From assembly GCA_963718285.1 (NCBI GenBank), contig CAVQYU010000004.1, positions 86,838 through 150,837 on the forward strand: a DNA stretch of 64,000 nucleotides, read 5' to 3'. This document shows, in pieces, positions 9,289 through 21,500 of the stretch; the first letter of the stretch is position 1; every line of letters begins with the position of its first letter. Made by a program: the position numbers and the translations under genes. Origin of the DNA: an uncultured Chloroflexia bacterium (GTDB lineage Bacteria; Chloroflexota; Limnocylindria; Limnocylindrales; CSP1-4). The notes beneath the pieces were generated by a model that was given only the letters and a program-made list of their open reading frames with translations, had not been told where the DNA came from and did not search any database.

Positions 9289-10769
9289 ATGGCCAAGATG
9301 CGTGGATTCCTGAAGTCAAAACCGAAGATTGACGACGCCGAGTGGGCGCTTGCCCAATCCCGAACCGCAGAACGGCTGGCGGGCCTGTTCAACGATGCCA
9401 CCGAGGACGAGGCTGAACCCGCGGTCTCGCCACAGGCCGAGGCAGAGGCGTCGGGCGAGGTCGTAGCCGTGGGCAACGCGGGTGCCGAGCGGCCGCCGAT
9501 CGTGGTCGTCGGCGCGGGCCCCCTCGACCCGGGCCTGCCTGAGCTCGCCGAGAGCGAACCGGTCGCCCAGAAGGAGCCCGAGCCGGTGGCCGCGAACGAG
9601 CCCGAGCCGGTGGCCCAGCTCGTGACCGAGCCAGTGCCGGTCGCCGAGGTCGGGCCCGCTGTTGAGGTCGAGCCGGTAGGAGTGATGGCCGAGCCCGAGG
9701 ATCGATTCGACGAGAACGGCTGGCAGCTGCCCGCTCGATCGCCCGATGTCAAACCGGCCGGCCTCCCCCGGACCGCCCGGTCGGCCGCGACTGCGGGCAA
9801 GACCTCGGGCAAGACCTCGGGCAAGACCGCCGCCCAGGCCCCCGCCAGGAGCACCCACCAGGCCGGCGCATCGAAGCCGCGCCAGTCCGGCGCAGCCAGC
9901 CAGACCGCCAAACCTGCCCGTCCCAAGGCAACGGTCGCCGGCAGCCGCCCGCCGGTGCCTCCTGTCCACGCCAGCAAGCCCCGGGCCAAGCGCAAGGCCG
10001 CGGCCAAGGCGATGCCGGCCGCGGTCGCCCACTGCCCGTACTGCGCGCTCCTGCTCGAACCGCCCCGACCGCCAGCCGGCGCTGCGAGCGGTGCCGGCAG
10101 CGGATCATGGTCAAGCGGGTCGACGGCCGCGCGGTCTACCTTACCGAGGCCGCCGTGGCCGTCTTCGACGCAGAGCGCAAGCGCATCGCCAGCGGCGCCC
10201 GGCTCGGCGCGCGAGCGAGATCGCTGGCTGCAGCCTGGCAGCGTCCGCCCATGCGCCCGAGAACCGCCACGCCCAGCTGAGCGCGGCCCGGCTGTCCGAG
10301 GAGACCGTCGCCGCCTCGAAGGCGCTCTATTTCGGTGCCGTCGATCGGGCGTTCCGGGCGGCGCGGAAGGCCAAGGACTGGGATGCGGCGGCTCGGCTCC
10401 GGCGTGACCAGGCGGCCGCCCTGTTCCGTGCCGCCGAGGGATCGTCCAAGCCGCCGTCGCCGGAGGTGGTTGCGCTGTTTCGCGAGGGGGTGGCCTCCGA
10501 GCTCCGAGGGATCGCGGAGATCAGTCGCGATGCCGAGCTCGTGGCGGCGTCCTGCTGCGACGCCTGCCGGGCCGACGACCACCGGATCTTCAAGATCAGC
10601 ACGCGAGCTCCGCCAGCCGCGCCTGCCCCATGCCGCATGCCCCAAGGGACTCTGCCGCTGCCATTGGGACCTTGCCGCGCGCGACCGCACGATGATGCGC
10701 CGCTACCTGCGCCGCCGGCCGGCGGGCGAAGCCCGGCCCGGCGCCGTCGAGGTTGGCACGCCGGCCTGA
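9289..10769 (+). CDS. Hypothetical protein: acidic/Pro-rich N-terminus, CxxC-CxxC Zn ribbon, C-terminal CCxxC...PHxxC...CxC domain (indels)
   Basis: CPYC...CERCRQRI and CCDAC...LPHAACPKGLCRCHW reconstructed across frames. Confidence 0.7.
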
Positions 10770-10836
10770 TCTCGGCGCGCTCTCGCGGTACGCTCGGCTG
10801 CCCCGGTCGAACGGCGGCCGCCAGCAGAGGTGGTCG

Positions 10837-11683
10837 ATCTCGTTCCTGCGCAGGCTCCTGGGCTTGGACCGCTCCGAGCGCGACCGCCTTCCGCCGGTCG
10901 AGCCCGAACCGGTCGTGCCCGAGGTGGCGAGCCCGTTGCCCGCGCCCGTACCCGTCAGCGTTGCCTGCCCGAACTGCGGGGTGATCCTCGATCCGCCGCC
11001 GACCAGCAGCCGGCTCTGCCCGCGCTGCCGGCGCCGGATCGTCGTCCGCCATTCCGACGGGCCGGGCGATCTACCTGACCGAGGCCGCCGTCGAGGTCTT
11101 CGAGGCCGAGCGCCAGCGCGAGATCGACGAGCAGACCTGGACGCGCCAGCGGCGGACCTGGCTGCAGCTGGCCCGGCTCGTTGGCAGCGCCGGCCGATCG
11201 CCGCCAGAGCCTGGCCGCGGCTCCCCTCAGCGTGCCGCCGTCGAGGCCTCGGCCCAGGCCCTCTACCTGAGCGCCGCCGAGCGGGCCGCTCGGGCGGCCC
11301 GGCGGGAGAAGCGCTGGGAGGACGTCGCCCGCATCCGCCAACGCCAGGCCGCGGCCCTGTACGAAGACGCCGGATCCCCGCTGCCGCCGCCGGACCACGT
11401 CCTGGCCCTCTATCGCGAGGGTGTGACCGCCACGCTGCGCGGGCTGGCCAACCTGGCTCGCGAAGTGGAGCTCGTCGGGGCGAGCTGTTGCGCGGCCTGC
11501 CGGGCGGACAACGAGCGGATCTTCAGGATCGCCGCCGAGCTCAAGGTCGCCCGCCTGCCCCATCCGGACTGTCCCCGCGGCCTGTGCGCCTGCGACTGGT
11601 GGCCGGCCGTGCGCAAGCCGCCGCCACGGAAGCGCAGACCGCCCGGCGCGCGCCGGTTGACGCCGTCGCGGCGGCCCGTCTAG
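10837..11683 (+). CDS. Paralog of the upstream Cys-rich protein (indels)
   Basis: SFLRRLLG...CPNC...CPRCRRRIVVR...IYLTEAAV...CCAAC...LPHPDCPRGLCACDW. Confidence 0.7.
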
Positions 11684-11686
11684 ACT
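11657..11686 (+). promoter_or_regulatory. trp operon promoter
   Basis: TTGACG-18-TAGACT just upstream of the T-box. Confidence 0.6.
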
Positions 11687-11704
11687 CGCCGCCACATCAC
11701 GAAT

Positions 11705-12004
11705 AACGGGCGATGATCGGGACGAGTACCCGTCGCGCGTCGGCACAGAGACCCGGTGGCTGGTGGAAACCGGGGCGACGGCGGTGGTGAATGGACCCGG
11801 GAGCCTCCGGACCGAACGGCGAGCTCGACGGGCTCACCCAGTAGGCTCCGGCGCAGAGCGCCAGCGATAGAGGGCAGCGCCGATCGAACCCAGAGGTGGC
11901 CAGGCCACCCGGCTCCGTCGGTCAGAGTGCGGCAGATTGCCGAAGGCGGGTGGTACCGCGGAAGGTTCGACCTTTCGTCCCTGGGACGAGAGGTCGTATT
12001 GATT
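11705..12004 (+). ncRNA. T-box riboswitch, Trp specifier
   Basis: GCGATGA...GAGTA, AGAGA and GGTGGAA stem-I motifs; specifier GAA-TGG-A (TGG at 11792-11794); T-box GGTGGTACCGCG; terminator hairpin 11968-11996. Confidence 0.93.
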
Positions 12005-12027
12005 CCCGAGGAGGCTTCGCCGCCACG

Positions 12028-13627
12028 ATGAGCATCACGGATCCGCTCAGCCTGACCGAGGCGAAGCGCCTCGCGGGGGGCGCCGACACCGTGCTCCTGC
12101 GGGCGACGCGGGACGCCGACCTGGAGACGCCGATCGGCGCGTTCCTGCGCCTCGACGATGGCGGCCCGGCCTACCTGCTCGAATCGGTCGAGGGAGGCGA
12201 GCGGCTCGGTCGCTACAGCTTCCTGGGCATCGGCCCGCGCCGTCTGCTCGAGGTCCGCGGCGACCGGGCGACGATCCAGGCACGGCCCTTGAGCGTCGAT
12301 CGGTTCGAGCCGGACCTGCCGGTCGACGACGCTCGAGTCGATCGACCCGCTCAGCACGCTGCGGGCGTTCCTGCCCCGCCGGCGGGTCCTGCCCCTCGAG
12401 GGCATGCCCCGGTTCACCGGGGGTGCCGTGGGGGCCCTGGCCTATGACGCCGTCAGCGCGTTCGAGCCGAGCGTGCCCCAGCCGGCCGGCGATCCGGTCG
12501 GCGTGCCCCACGCCGCGTTCATCGAGTCGGACCTGGTCATCGTCTTCGACCACCTGACCCACACGATCAGCGCGATCGCCTCGCTGCACACCGAGGTGCC
12601 CGACCTGGACGGCCGCTACCGGATCGCCGAACGGGCGATCTTCGAGGCGCTCGACCGGACATCCGGCCGTCGGCCTCCGAGATGGCCGGGACGGCGGCGG
12701 GGCCGGCTGGCCGGACCGCGGCTGCCGAGCGGTGGGCCCGCCGGGTCGCGACCTCGATCGAGGCAACGGCGACGAGCCTCGGGCGGGACCAGTACATCCA
12801 CGCCGTCGAGGTGGCCAAGGACGCGATCGCGGCCGGCGAGGCGATCCAGGTCGTGCTGGCCCGGCGCCAGTCGTTCGAGCTGCCACCCGGCGCCGACGGG
12901 CGACCGGTCGACGGCATCGGCCTGTATCGCGCCCTGCGCCGGGTGAACCCCAGCCCGTACCTGTTCTTCATCCGGACGCCGGCCTTCGAGGTCGTCGGCG
13001 CGAGTCCCGAGCTGCTCCTCCAGGTCGAGGGCGACCGCGCTGACCACCCATCCGATCGCAGGCACCCGACCACGGGGCGCGACGGCTGCGGAGGACGACC
13101 TGCGCAGCGAGGAGCTCCAGCGCGACCCGAAGGAGAAGGCCGAGCACGTGATGCTGGTCGACCTCGGCCGGAACGACCTGGGCCGGGTCGCCCGGGCGGG
13201 CACGGTCCGGGTGACCAAGTACATGGAGGTCGAGCGCTACAGCCACGTCCTGCACCTGGTCAGCCACGTCGAGGCCCGCCTCCGGCCGGACCTGGACGCG
13301 CTCGACGCGCTGCGCTCGGTCTTCCCGGCCGGAACCCTGTCCGGGGCGCCCAAGGTCCGGGCGATGCAGCTGATCGCCGCCGCGGAGAACGAGCGCCGGG
13401 GACTGTACGGCGGAGCGGTCGGCTACCTCGGCTACGACGGCAACCTCGACACCGCGATCACGATCCGGAGCGCCGTCCTGCGCGACGGGATCGCCCACGT
13501 CCATACCGGAGCGGGGATCGTCGCCGGCTCGGTGCCCGAGCGCGAGTTCGAGGAGACCGAGCACAAGGCGGCCGCCCTGCGCCGGGCGATCGAGCTGGCC
13601 GGTGGCGGGCCGGAGCGGCTGCGATGA
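12028..13627 (+). CDS. trpE: Anthranilate synthase component I (indels)
   Basis: [36 protein letters not shown] and [15 protein letters not shown]. Confidence 0.95.
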
Positions 13628-14317
13628 TCCTGGTCGTCGACAACTACGACTCGTTCACGTTCAACCTGGTCCAGGCCCTGGAGGCCGCCGGCGCCGAGGT
13701 TCGGGTCGTCCGCAACGACGCCATCGATCGGGCCGGGATCGAGGCCCTGGCGGCCGATCCGGCCAGCGACCTGCGCGGGATCGTGATCTCGCCCGGGCCG
13801 GGCGACCCGTCGGCCGCCGGCGTCTCGGTCGAAGCCATCCAGGTCGCGGCCGCGCACGCGATCCCGCTGCTCGGCGTCTGCCTCGGGATGCAGTCGATGG
13901 CGGTCGCCTACGGTGGCACGATCGTGCGCGCGCCGACCCTCGTCCACGGCGAGGCGTCCGAGGTGAGCCACGACGGGCCGGGCCTGCTCCGGGCTGCCGC
14001 CCTCGTTCATGGCCGCCCGCTACCACTCCCTGGCCGTGGATCCGGGGGCGATCCCGGCCGAGCTCCTGGTCACCGCGATCTGCGAGGAGGACGGCGTGGT
14101 CATGGGCCTCCGCCATGTGACCCTGCCCCTCGAAGGCGTCCAGTTCCATCCCGAGTCGGTCCTGACGCCCGAGGGGCCGCACCTCCTGGCCAACTTCCTG
14201 CGCCGGGCGGGCGAGGGCGAGGCCAGCCGGCTCGACGCGGTCAGCGGCAGCTTCGCGACCGGCGGCATGGCCGAGCCGCTCGACCGGGACGGCGGTCCGA
14301 TCGGGTCGAGCCGATGA
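13624..14317 (+). CDS. trpG: Anthranilate synthase component II, glutamine amidotransferase (indel)
   Basis: DNYDSFT, ISPGPG, GVCLG, RYHSL and QFHPES; ATGA overlap with trpE. Confidence 0.93.
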
Positions 14318-15352
14318 GCGAGCTCGTCCGGGCGGCCCTGGCCACCGTGGTCGAGGGCGGCACCCTGTCGATCGACGAAGCCCGCGACGGCGATGGGCGC
14401 GGTGATGGATGGCGAGGCGACCCCGGCCCAGCTGGCGGCGCTGCTGGTGGCCCTCCGGATGCGCGGCGAGACGATCGACGAGCTGGCCGGGTTCGCCCTG
14501 GCGATGCGCGCCCGAGTCCTGCGGGTCGACGCCCCGGCCGGCGCGATCGACGTGGTCGGCACCGGGCGGTGACCGGAGTGGCACGTTCAACATCTCGACG
14601 ACGGCGGCCCTCGTCGTGGCCGCGGCCGGGGTGCCCGTCGCCAAGCACGGCAATCGGGCGATCACCTCGCGCTCGGGCTCGGCCGACGTCCTCGAGGCGC
14701 TCGGCGTGCGGACCGATCACGACGAGGTCTCGGCCGCCGCGTCGCTGCGGGCCGGGGGCTTCGCCTTCCTGTTCGCGCCCAGCTTCCACCCGGCCATGAA
14801 GTTCGCCGGGCCGACCCGGCGCGAGATTGGCGTCCGGACGGCGTTCAACCTGATCGGACCGCTGACCAACCCGGCCGGCGTGACCCGGCTGATGGTGGGC
14901 GTCGGTGACGAGGCGGCCGCGCCCCGGATCGCCGAGGTGCTTCGCCTGCTGGGCCAGGAACGGGCGATCGTCGTCCACGGCGCGGGGGTCGATGAGCTGC
15001 CCCTCGACGGGTCCGGCCTGATCCACGATGTGACGCCCGAGCGGGGTGGAGCTCCTGTCGATCGACGCGGAGCTGGTCCGCAGCCTGGGGCTGCGAGCCG
15101 GCCCCGACCGGGGCGTTGGCCGGAGGCAGCCCGGCCGAGAACGCGGCCCTCGTCGAAGGCGTCCTGGCCGGCGATCCCGGGCCGCGCCGGGACGTGGTCC
15201 TGCTCAATGCCGCCGCCGCGTTCGTGGCCGCCGGCCGCGCGCCGGACCTGTCCGCGGGCGTCCGGCTGGCTGCCGCGCACGATCGACGACGGCGCCGCCT
15301 CGGGTCCTGCTCGCCCACCTCCGGGCAGCAGCGCGCGGCGGCGTCGGCATGA
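14314..15352 (+). CDS. trpD: Anthranilate phosphoribosyltransferase (indels)
   Basis: [27 protein letters not shown] and [10 protein letters not shown]. Confidence 0.93.
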
Positions 15353-18216
15353 CCCTGGCGCCAGCCCCGCCGAGCGGTGGTGGACGAGATCGCGGCCCGC
15401 CGGGCGGCCGACCTGGCCGTCGAGCTCGAGGGCGTGAGCCTGGCCCAGCTCGAGCGGGCCGCGGCCGCTGCCCCGCCGGCACGACCGGTGGTGGACCGGC
15501 TGGCCGCCCCGGGCCTGGCCCTCATCGCCGAGGTCAAGCGTGCCTCGCCCTCGGCCGGCCAGATCGTGCCGGCCGGCGATGATCCCGTCGCCCGGGCGCG
15601 GGCCTACGCGGCCGGCGGCGCGGCCGTGATCTCGGTCCTGTGCGAGCCGCACTGGTTCGGCGGCTCGGTCGACGACCTGCGCGCGGTCCGGGCCGCGGTC
15701 AGCGTGCCGGTCCTGGCCAAGGAGTTCGTGGTCGACCGACGGCAGCTGCCGCTCCTGCGGGCCGCCGGCGCCGACGTCGTCCTGCTCCTCGCCAGCCTCC
15801 ATCCCGCGCGCCCGCCTCGGGCGCCTGGTCGAGGCCGCCCTGGGCCTCGGCCTGGAGCCGCTCGTCGAGGCGCACGATCGAGCGCGAGCTGGAGCGGGCG
15901 CTCGCGACGCGGCGCTCGCCTGATCGGCCTGAACAACCGCGACCTGCGGACGCTGGCGGTCGACCCCGAGCGGGCGGTCCGCCTGCGCGAGCTGGTGCCC
16001 GACGACCGCCTGGTCGTGGCCGAATCGGGCGTGCGCGAGCCGGCGACGGTCGCCGGCTGGCGGGCCCTCGGCTTCGACGCCGCGCTGGTCGGCGAGGCGC
16101 TCATGCGGGCGGCCGATCCAGCCGCGGCGGCTGCGCGCGTTCGTGGCCGCCGGCCGCCTGCCCGAGGATCGTCGCTGCCGAGGACCGGACGCCGTTCGTG
16201 AAGATCTGCGGGGTCACCGACGCGCCGGGGCATGCAGGCGGCCCTGCGCGGCCGGGCGGACGCGGTCGGCCTGAACCTGGTCCCCGGCACGCCCCGGGCC
16301 CTCGACCTCGAGGAGGCGGTTGCCCTGGCCCGGCTCGCTCGGAGCACCGCTCAGCCGGGCGGCGGCCCGCGCATCGTGGCGATCACCGCCGACGCCGATC
16401 TGGCCCGGCTGGACGCGATCATCGCAGCCCTCGATCCGGACGTGGTCCAGCTCTCCGGCGATGAGCCCGCTGGCCTCGTCGCCCGGCTCGGACGGCCCGT
16501 CTGGAAGGCGATCCGGCTGCCGGCCGAGGTCAGGCCCGAGGAGGTCGACCGCCAGGCGGCCCGGGCCATCCGGGCCGGGCGGGCTTACCTTGACGCTGGC
16601 GTCGAGCGGATCCTGCTCGACACGGCCGGCGGACCGCATCCGGGCGGCACCGGGACGCGCTCCTCGGCAGGCCTGGCGGCGGCGGTCGCCCGCGCGCTGC
16701 CGGTGATCCTGGCCGGCGGGCTCAGCCCGGCGAACGTGGGCGAGGCGGTGCTGGCGATTCCGGCGGTCGGGCGTGGACGTCGCCTCGGGGGTCGAGGCGC
16801 CCCGGGTCGCGGGCGAGCGGCCGCGCAAGGATCCGCTCCGGGTGGCGCTGTTCGCCAAGCGCGCCCGGGCGGCGCGCTGGGACCGGCCCAACCTCGCGGC
16901 CCGGCCGACGCCGGTCTTCGCCGGCCTGCTCGAGGCGGACGAGGCCGGCCGCTGGGGCTGCAACCGCGAGTTCGGCGGCCGCTACGTGCCCGAGACGCTG
17001 ATGGCGGCCCTCGAGGGACTCGAGCGGGCCTACTTCGGCCCTGCGTCACGATCCGCGCTTCTGGGCCGAGTTCCGGGCGCTCCTGGCGACCTACTCCGGT
17101 CGGCCCACCCCGCTCTACCGGGCCGATCGCCTGGCGGCCGCCGCGTTGGCCGAGGCCAGCCGGCAGGTCGGCGCCGATGGGCCCGCGCCCGGTCGGATCC
17201 CGGCGATCCTGCGCCTCTACCTCAAGCGCGAGGACCTCGGCCACACCGGGGCCCACAAGATCAACAACGCCCTGGGCCAGGCGCTGCTCACCCGGCGGCT
17301 GGGCAAGTCGCGGGTGATCGCCGAGACCGGGGCCGGCCAGCACGGCGTCGCCACGGCCACGGCCTGCGCCCTGCTCGACCTGCCCTGCGTCGTGTTCATG
17401 GGCGCCGAGGACATCCGGCGCCAGGAGCCCAACGTGCTGCGGATGCGCGCGCTGGGTGCCGAGGTCCGGCCGGTCACCTCCGGCTCGGCCACCCTCAAGG
17501 ACGCGGTCAACGAGGCGATGCGCGACTGGGTCACGAACGTCGAGACGACCCACTATGTCCTGGGCTCGGCGATGGGGCCGCATCCCTATCCGACAATCGT
17601 GCGCGACCTCCAGCGGATCCTGGGCGACGAGGCGGCGGCCCAGTTCCAGGCTGTCGAGGGCCGTCTGCCCGACCTCGTCCTGGCCTGCGTCGGGGGCGGC
17701 TCGAACGCGATCGGCCTGCTCGATCGGTTCATCGGCGAGCCGGCCGTCCGCCTGGCCGTGGCCGAGGCGGCCGGTGACGGGATCGCGACCGGCCGCCATG
17801 CGGCCGCCGCTGGCCGGGGGTACGCCCGGGATCCTCCATGGTTCGCGTTCGCTCATGCTCCAGGACGCCGACGGCCAGGTGATCGAGGCCCATTCGATCT
17901 CGGCCGGCCTCGACTATCCGGGGGTCGGTCCGCAGATCGCGGCGCTCCTGACCGCGCGGCCGGCTCGAGCTGGCCGCGGCGACCGATGCCGAGGCGCTGG
18001 CGGCGCTGCGCCAGGTCGCCCGGCTCGAGGGGATCCTGCCGGCCCTCGAGACCGCCCACGCCTTCGCCGTCCTGCCCCGCCTCATCGCCGGCATCGAGGG
18101 CTCGGGCGCGGCCTATCCCGACGAGACGGCGATCCTGGTCGGCTTGTCGGGGCGGGGCGACAAGGACCTGGCCGCCCTGACCCTCGAGCCTGGCCGCGTC
18201 CGGAGCCCCCGGATGA
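15349..18216 (+). CDS. trpB: Probable TrpC-TrpF-TrpB fusion (IGP synthase ~15349-16150, PRA isomerase ~16190-16870, Trp synthase beta ~16950-18216; indels)
   Basis: [57 protein letters not shown] and SGRGDKD. The TrpF end and TrpB start lie in one stop-free frame. Confidence 0.8.
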
Positions 18217-19058
18217 CGACCGGGCTGATCGAGCAGGGCACGAACGGGACCGCCGGCGCCCGACGCATGGCCACCGCGTTCAGGCGGGCGGCCGGGGACG
18301 GCCGGATTGCCCTGATTCCGTACCTCGTGGCCGGCTATCCGGACGCCGAAACGAGCTTCCGGATCGCCCTGGCCGCGGCCGACGCCGGGGCCGACCTGCT
18401 CGAGGTGGGCCTGCCCTATTCCGATCCGCTGGCCGATGGGGCGACCCTCCAGCGGGCGTCGCAGGTGGCTCTGGCGGCCGGCGCGACGCTGGCCGGCTCG
18501 ATCGCCCTGCTCGAGCGCATCGCCGCCGCCCGGCCGGACCTTCCAATCGTGCCGATGGCCTACGCGAACCAGGTGATCGGGGGCGGAGACGGTGCCCGGA
18601 CGGCGGGCCAGCTGGCGACGGCCGGGGCGTCGGGCGTGATCGTGGCCGACCTGACCCCGGACGAAGGCGGCCGCTTCGAGGCGGTTGCCCGGGACGCCGG
18701 CCTGGCCGTCGTCTACCTCGTGGCGCCGACCACCCGGCCGGATCGACGGGCGCGCATCGCGGCCCGCTCGGGAGGCTTCCTGTACTGCGTCTCGCTGGTC
18801 GGGGTGACCGGCGCCCGGACGTCGTTGCCGAGCTCGGTCGGCCGGCTGGTCCGCGAGGTCAAGGCGGCCTCGCCCGTGCCGGTCGCGGTCGGCTTCGGGG
18901 TGAGCCGGCCCAGCCACGTCCGGGCGATCGCGGCCGCCGGAGCCGACGGCGTGATCGTGGCCTCTGCCCTGGTCGACGCCCTGGGCCCCCACGGCCGCGA
19001 TGTTAGGGCATTGTCCGAGCTCGTCCGCGCGCTTCGCGCCGCCACCGGGCGCGGGTAA
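18213..19058 (+). CDS. trpA: Tryptophan synthase alpha chain
   Basis: [23 protein letters not shown] and ADGVIV; GGAG RBS before the ATG at 18213. Confidence 0.95.
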   Translation: MTTGLIEQGTNGTAGARRMATAFRRAAGDGRIALIPYLVAGYPDAETSFRIALAAADAGADLLEVGLPYSDPLADGATLQRASQVALAAGATLAGSIALLERIAAARPDLPIVPMAYANQVIGGGDGARTAGQLATAGASGVIVADLTPDEGGRFEAVARDAGLAVVYLVAPTTRPDRRARIAARSGGFLYCVSLVGVTGARTSLPSSVGRLVREVKAASPVPVAVGFGVSRPSHVRAIAAAGADGVIVASALVDALGPHGRDVRALSELVRALRAATGRG

Positions 19059-19086
19059 AACGAGGCTGGCTGATCGCCGAGTCGGC

Positions 19087-19386
19087 TCAGTCGCTGGACC
19101 GGTCGTGCTGCTCGAGCGCGCGGGTCGCTGCGATCAGGCGCCGATAGATCGCCAGCAGGTCGGCCTGGGCGAGCGGCCCGAGATTGGCCAGGGCGACCCG
19201 CAGGAGGACCTCGCGCTCGCGTTCGATGTCCCGGACGGCGCGCCGGCCGCTCGACCGCTTGACCCGGCCAACCTGCCGGCCGAGCTCGGCCCGGTCGTTG
19301 AGGAGGCCCACGATCCGGCGATCGAGCGCGTCGATCCGGCGGCGCAGGCGGCGCAGCTCAGGCGTCTCGTCGACCGATTTGGTCAT
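19087..19386 (-). CDS. Chorismate mutase (AroQ class)
   Basis: LRRRIDALDRRIVGLLNDR...VGRVK...RDIERE pattern. Confidence 0.9.
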   Translation of the reverse strand: MTKSVDETPELRRLRRRIDALDRRIVGLLNDRAELGRQVGRVKRSSGRRAVRDIEREREVLLRVALANLGPLAQADLLAIYRRLIAATRALEQHDRSSD

Positions 19387-19829
19387 CCGCCCAGCTCACC
19401 GTCGGCGGCCCGTCGGGCGATCGACTCGAGGGCCGTCGAGTAGCCCTCCGCGCCGTGGCCGACGATCGACTCGAGGGCGATGTCGGCCAGGAAGTTGACC
19501 TGCCGGAATGGCTCCCGGGTGGCCGGGTCCGAGAGGTGGACCTCGATGAACGGCCGCTCGACCGCCAGCAGGGCATCGCGCAGGCTGACGCTGGTATGGG
19601 TCAGGCCGCCGGCGTTGACGATCGCCACGTCGAAGTCCTTGCGCTGGACCCGGTCGATCAGGGCGCCTTCATAGTTCGACTGGAAGAAGTCGATGGCCAG
19701 GCCGAGGTCGCTCGCCTTCGCACTCAACCCGGCGTGGATCTCGGCCAGGGTCGCTCGCCCGTAGATCGCGGGCTCGCGCGTGCCCAGCAGGTTCAGGTTG
19801 GGGCCTTCGAGGACCAGGACGCTGGTCAT
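19383..19829 (-). CDS. aroQ: Type II 3-dehydroquinate dehydratase
   Basis: GPNLNLLGTREPAIYG, QSN.EG, THTSVSLRDA and EVHLS. Confidence 0.95.
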   Translation of the reverse strand: MTSVLVLEGPNLNLLGTREPAIYGRATLAEIHAGLSAKASDLGLAIDFFQSNYEGALIDRVQRKDFDVAIVNAGGLTHTSVSLRDALLAVERPFIEVHLSDPATREPFRQVNFLADIALESIVGHGAEGYSTALESIARRAADGELGG

Positions 19830-21491
19830 CGTCCGACCGACCCGGCCAGGCTCGGGGCCGGGGCCAGGAGCTCATCCGCGACCCTTGCCACCAGCTCGGG
19901 CGGCACGTCGCTCCGGATCTCGACTCCGCCGGCCGATGGCAGGACCCAGCGCAACTGGCCGTCGGCATGCTTCTTGTCTCCGGCCAGGGCGTCCAGCACG
20001 GCCGACCGGTCCAGGCCAAGGGCGGCCAGGCCGCCCGCCGGGGCCAGGGCCAGGTGGGTCAGGAGGCCTTCGATCCGACTGGCGCGATCGGCTGGTGTGA
20101 CCCCCAGCTCGAGCCCGATCCGGCAGGCCGCCCGCAGTCCGTAGGCCACGGCCTCCCCGTGGAGCAGCCGTTCGCCATAGCCGGCCGCCGCCTCGAAGCC
20201 ATGGCCCAGCGAATGGCCCAGGTTGAGCTTCAGCCGGCCCGCCGCTTCGCGCTCGTCGGCCTGGACGATCTCGATCTTGGCCCAGGCACAGCGTTCGACG
20301 AGCTCGGCCAGGGCCCCATGAGCGATCACCGACGCGTGCGCCCGGATGATCCCCTGGCCATCGCGCTCGAGCAGCTCGAACAGGGCCTCGTCCCCCAGGG
20401 CCGCCATCTTGACCGCCTCGCCCAGGGCGGCCCGTCGGTGTCGTTCCGGCAGGCCGGCCAGGACATCGACGTCGATCAGGATCGCGGCCGGCTGGTGGAA
20501 GGCGCCGAGCAGGTTCTTGCCGCCGGCCAGATCGACCGCCGTCTTGCCCCCAATCGAGCTGTCGAGCTGGGCGACCAGGGTGGTCGGGACGTGGATCAGG
20601 GGCACCCCGCGCAACCAGGTTGCAGCCAGGAAGCCGGCCGCGTCGCCCAGGGCCCCGCCGCCCAGCGCCACCAGCGGCTCGGCCCGCTCGAGGCGGAGCC
20701 TGGCCAGCTCGTCGGCGGCTGCCTCGATCACGCTCAGGCGTTTGGCCGCTTCGCCCGACGGCAGCAGGATCCGCTCGACGGTCAGGCCGGCACCAGCCAG
20801 GCCGGCGGCCAGGTCCTCGCCCACGGCCGCCCAGGCGACTGGCTCCGAGACGATCACCGCTCGGCGCGCCCCGAGCTCGGCCAGGCTGGCTTGGAGGGCT
20901 GTGAGCAGGAAGCCCGTCCCGATCCGGAGCCGGCCCAGGCTCGAAATCCGCCGCCAGCAGGACCGCGCCGGGCGCGGCCGGCTCGACCAGGAATGCGTCG
21001 AGGCGGTCCAGGACCGCCCCGACCTGGGACAGCCCGTTGAGCCGCAGGCCCGGGGCGTAGAAGCGCTCGCGCTTCACGGCCAGATCGCGGATCGCGCCAA
21101 CCGGGTCGCGGCCCTGGAGGAGGGGCCGCGGGTTGGGCGAGTTGCGCAGGCGCTGGGCCAGGACCTCGGGCGGGCTGTTGAGCCAGGCCACCCGGCGGTC
21201 GCGGTAGAGTGCCCACCGATTGGCCGGATCTACGACGGCGCCACCGCCCGTGGCGATGACCCGGCGCAGCTCGGGCGCCGGGTCGGGGCGGCCCAGGCCG
21301 GCCACCGCGATCCGCTCGCGGGCCCGGAAGCCGGTCTCGCCCTCGGCCTCGAACAGCTCGGCGATCGTCATCCCGGCGCTGGCCTCGATCGTTGCGTCGA
21401 GGTCGATGAAGCGAGCGTCGTGGCGGGCGGCCAGCCGCCGTCCGACAGCAGTCTTGCCGCTGCCGGGCAGGCCGACGAGGACGAGATCCAT
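19826..21491 (-). CDS. aroB: Bifunctional shikimate kinase / 3-dehydroquinate synthase, AroK-AroB (indel near 20900)
   Basis: GLPGSGKT P-loop and IATGGG; then GGGALGD, PTTLVAQLDSSIGGKTAVD, LNLGHS and HGEAV. Confidence 0.9.
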
Positions 21492-21500
21492 CAGGCCGGC

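Noticed and set aside
6705-11683. Genomic island or prophage integrated at tRNA-Ser(TGA)
   Set aside because: There is no integrase, no duplicated tRNA 3' end and no phage structural genes.
12682-14799. Apparent TrpE-TrpG fusion ORF of 705 aa
   Set aside because: trpE ends at TGA 13627 overlapping the trpG ATG. The long ORF results from an indel near 13040.
18144-19058. Apparent TrpB-TrpA fusion (SGRGDKD in frame with TrpA)
   Set aside because: A GGAG RBS and an ATGA overlap at 18213 match the other trp junctions, so one indel in this error-rich region explains it.
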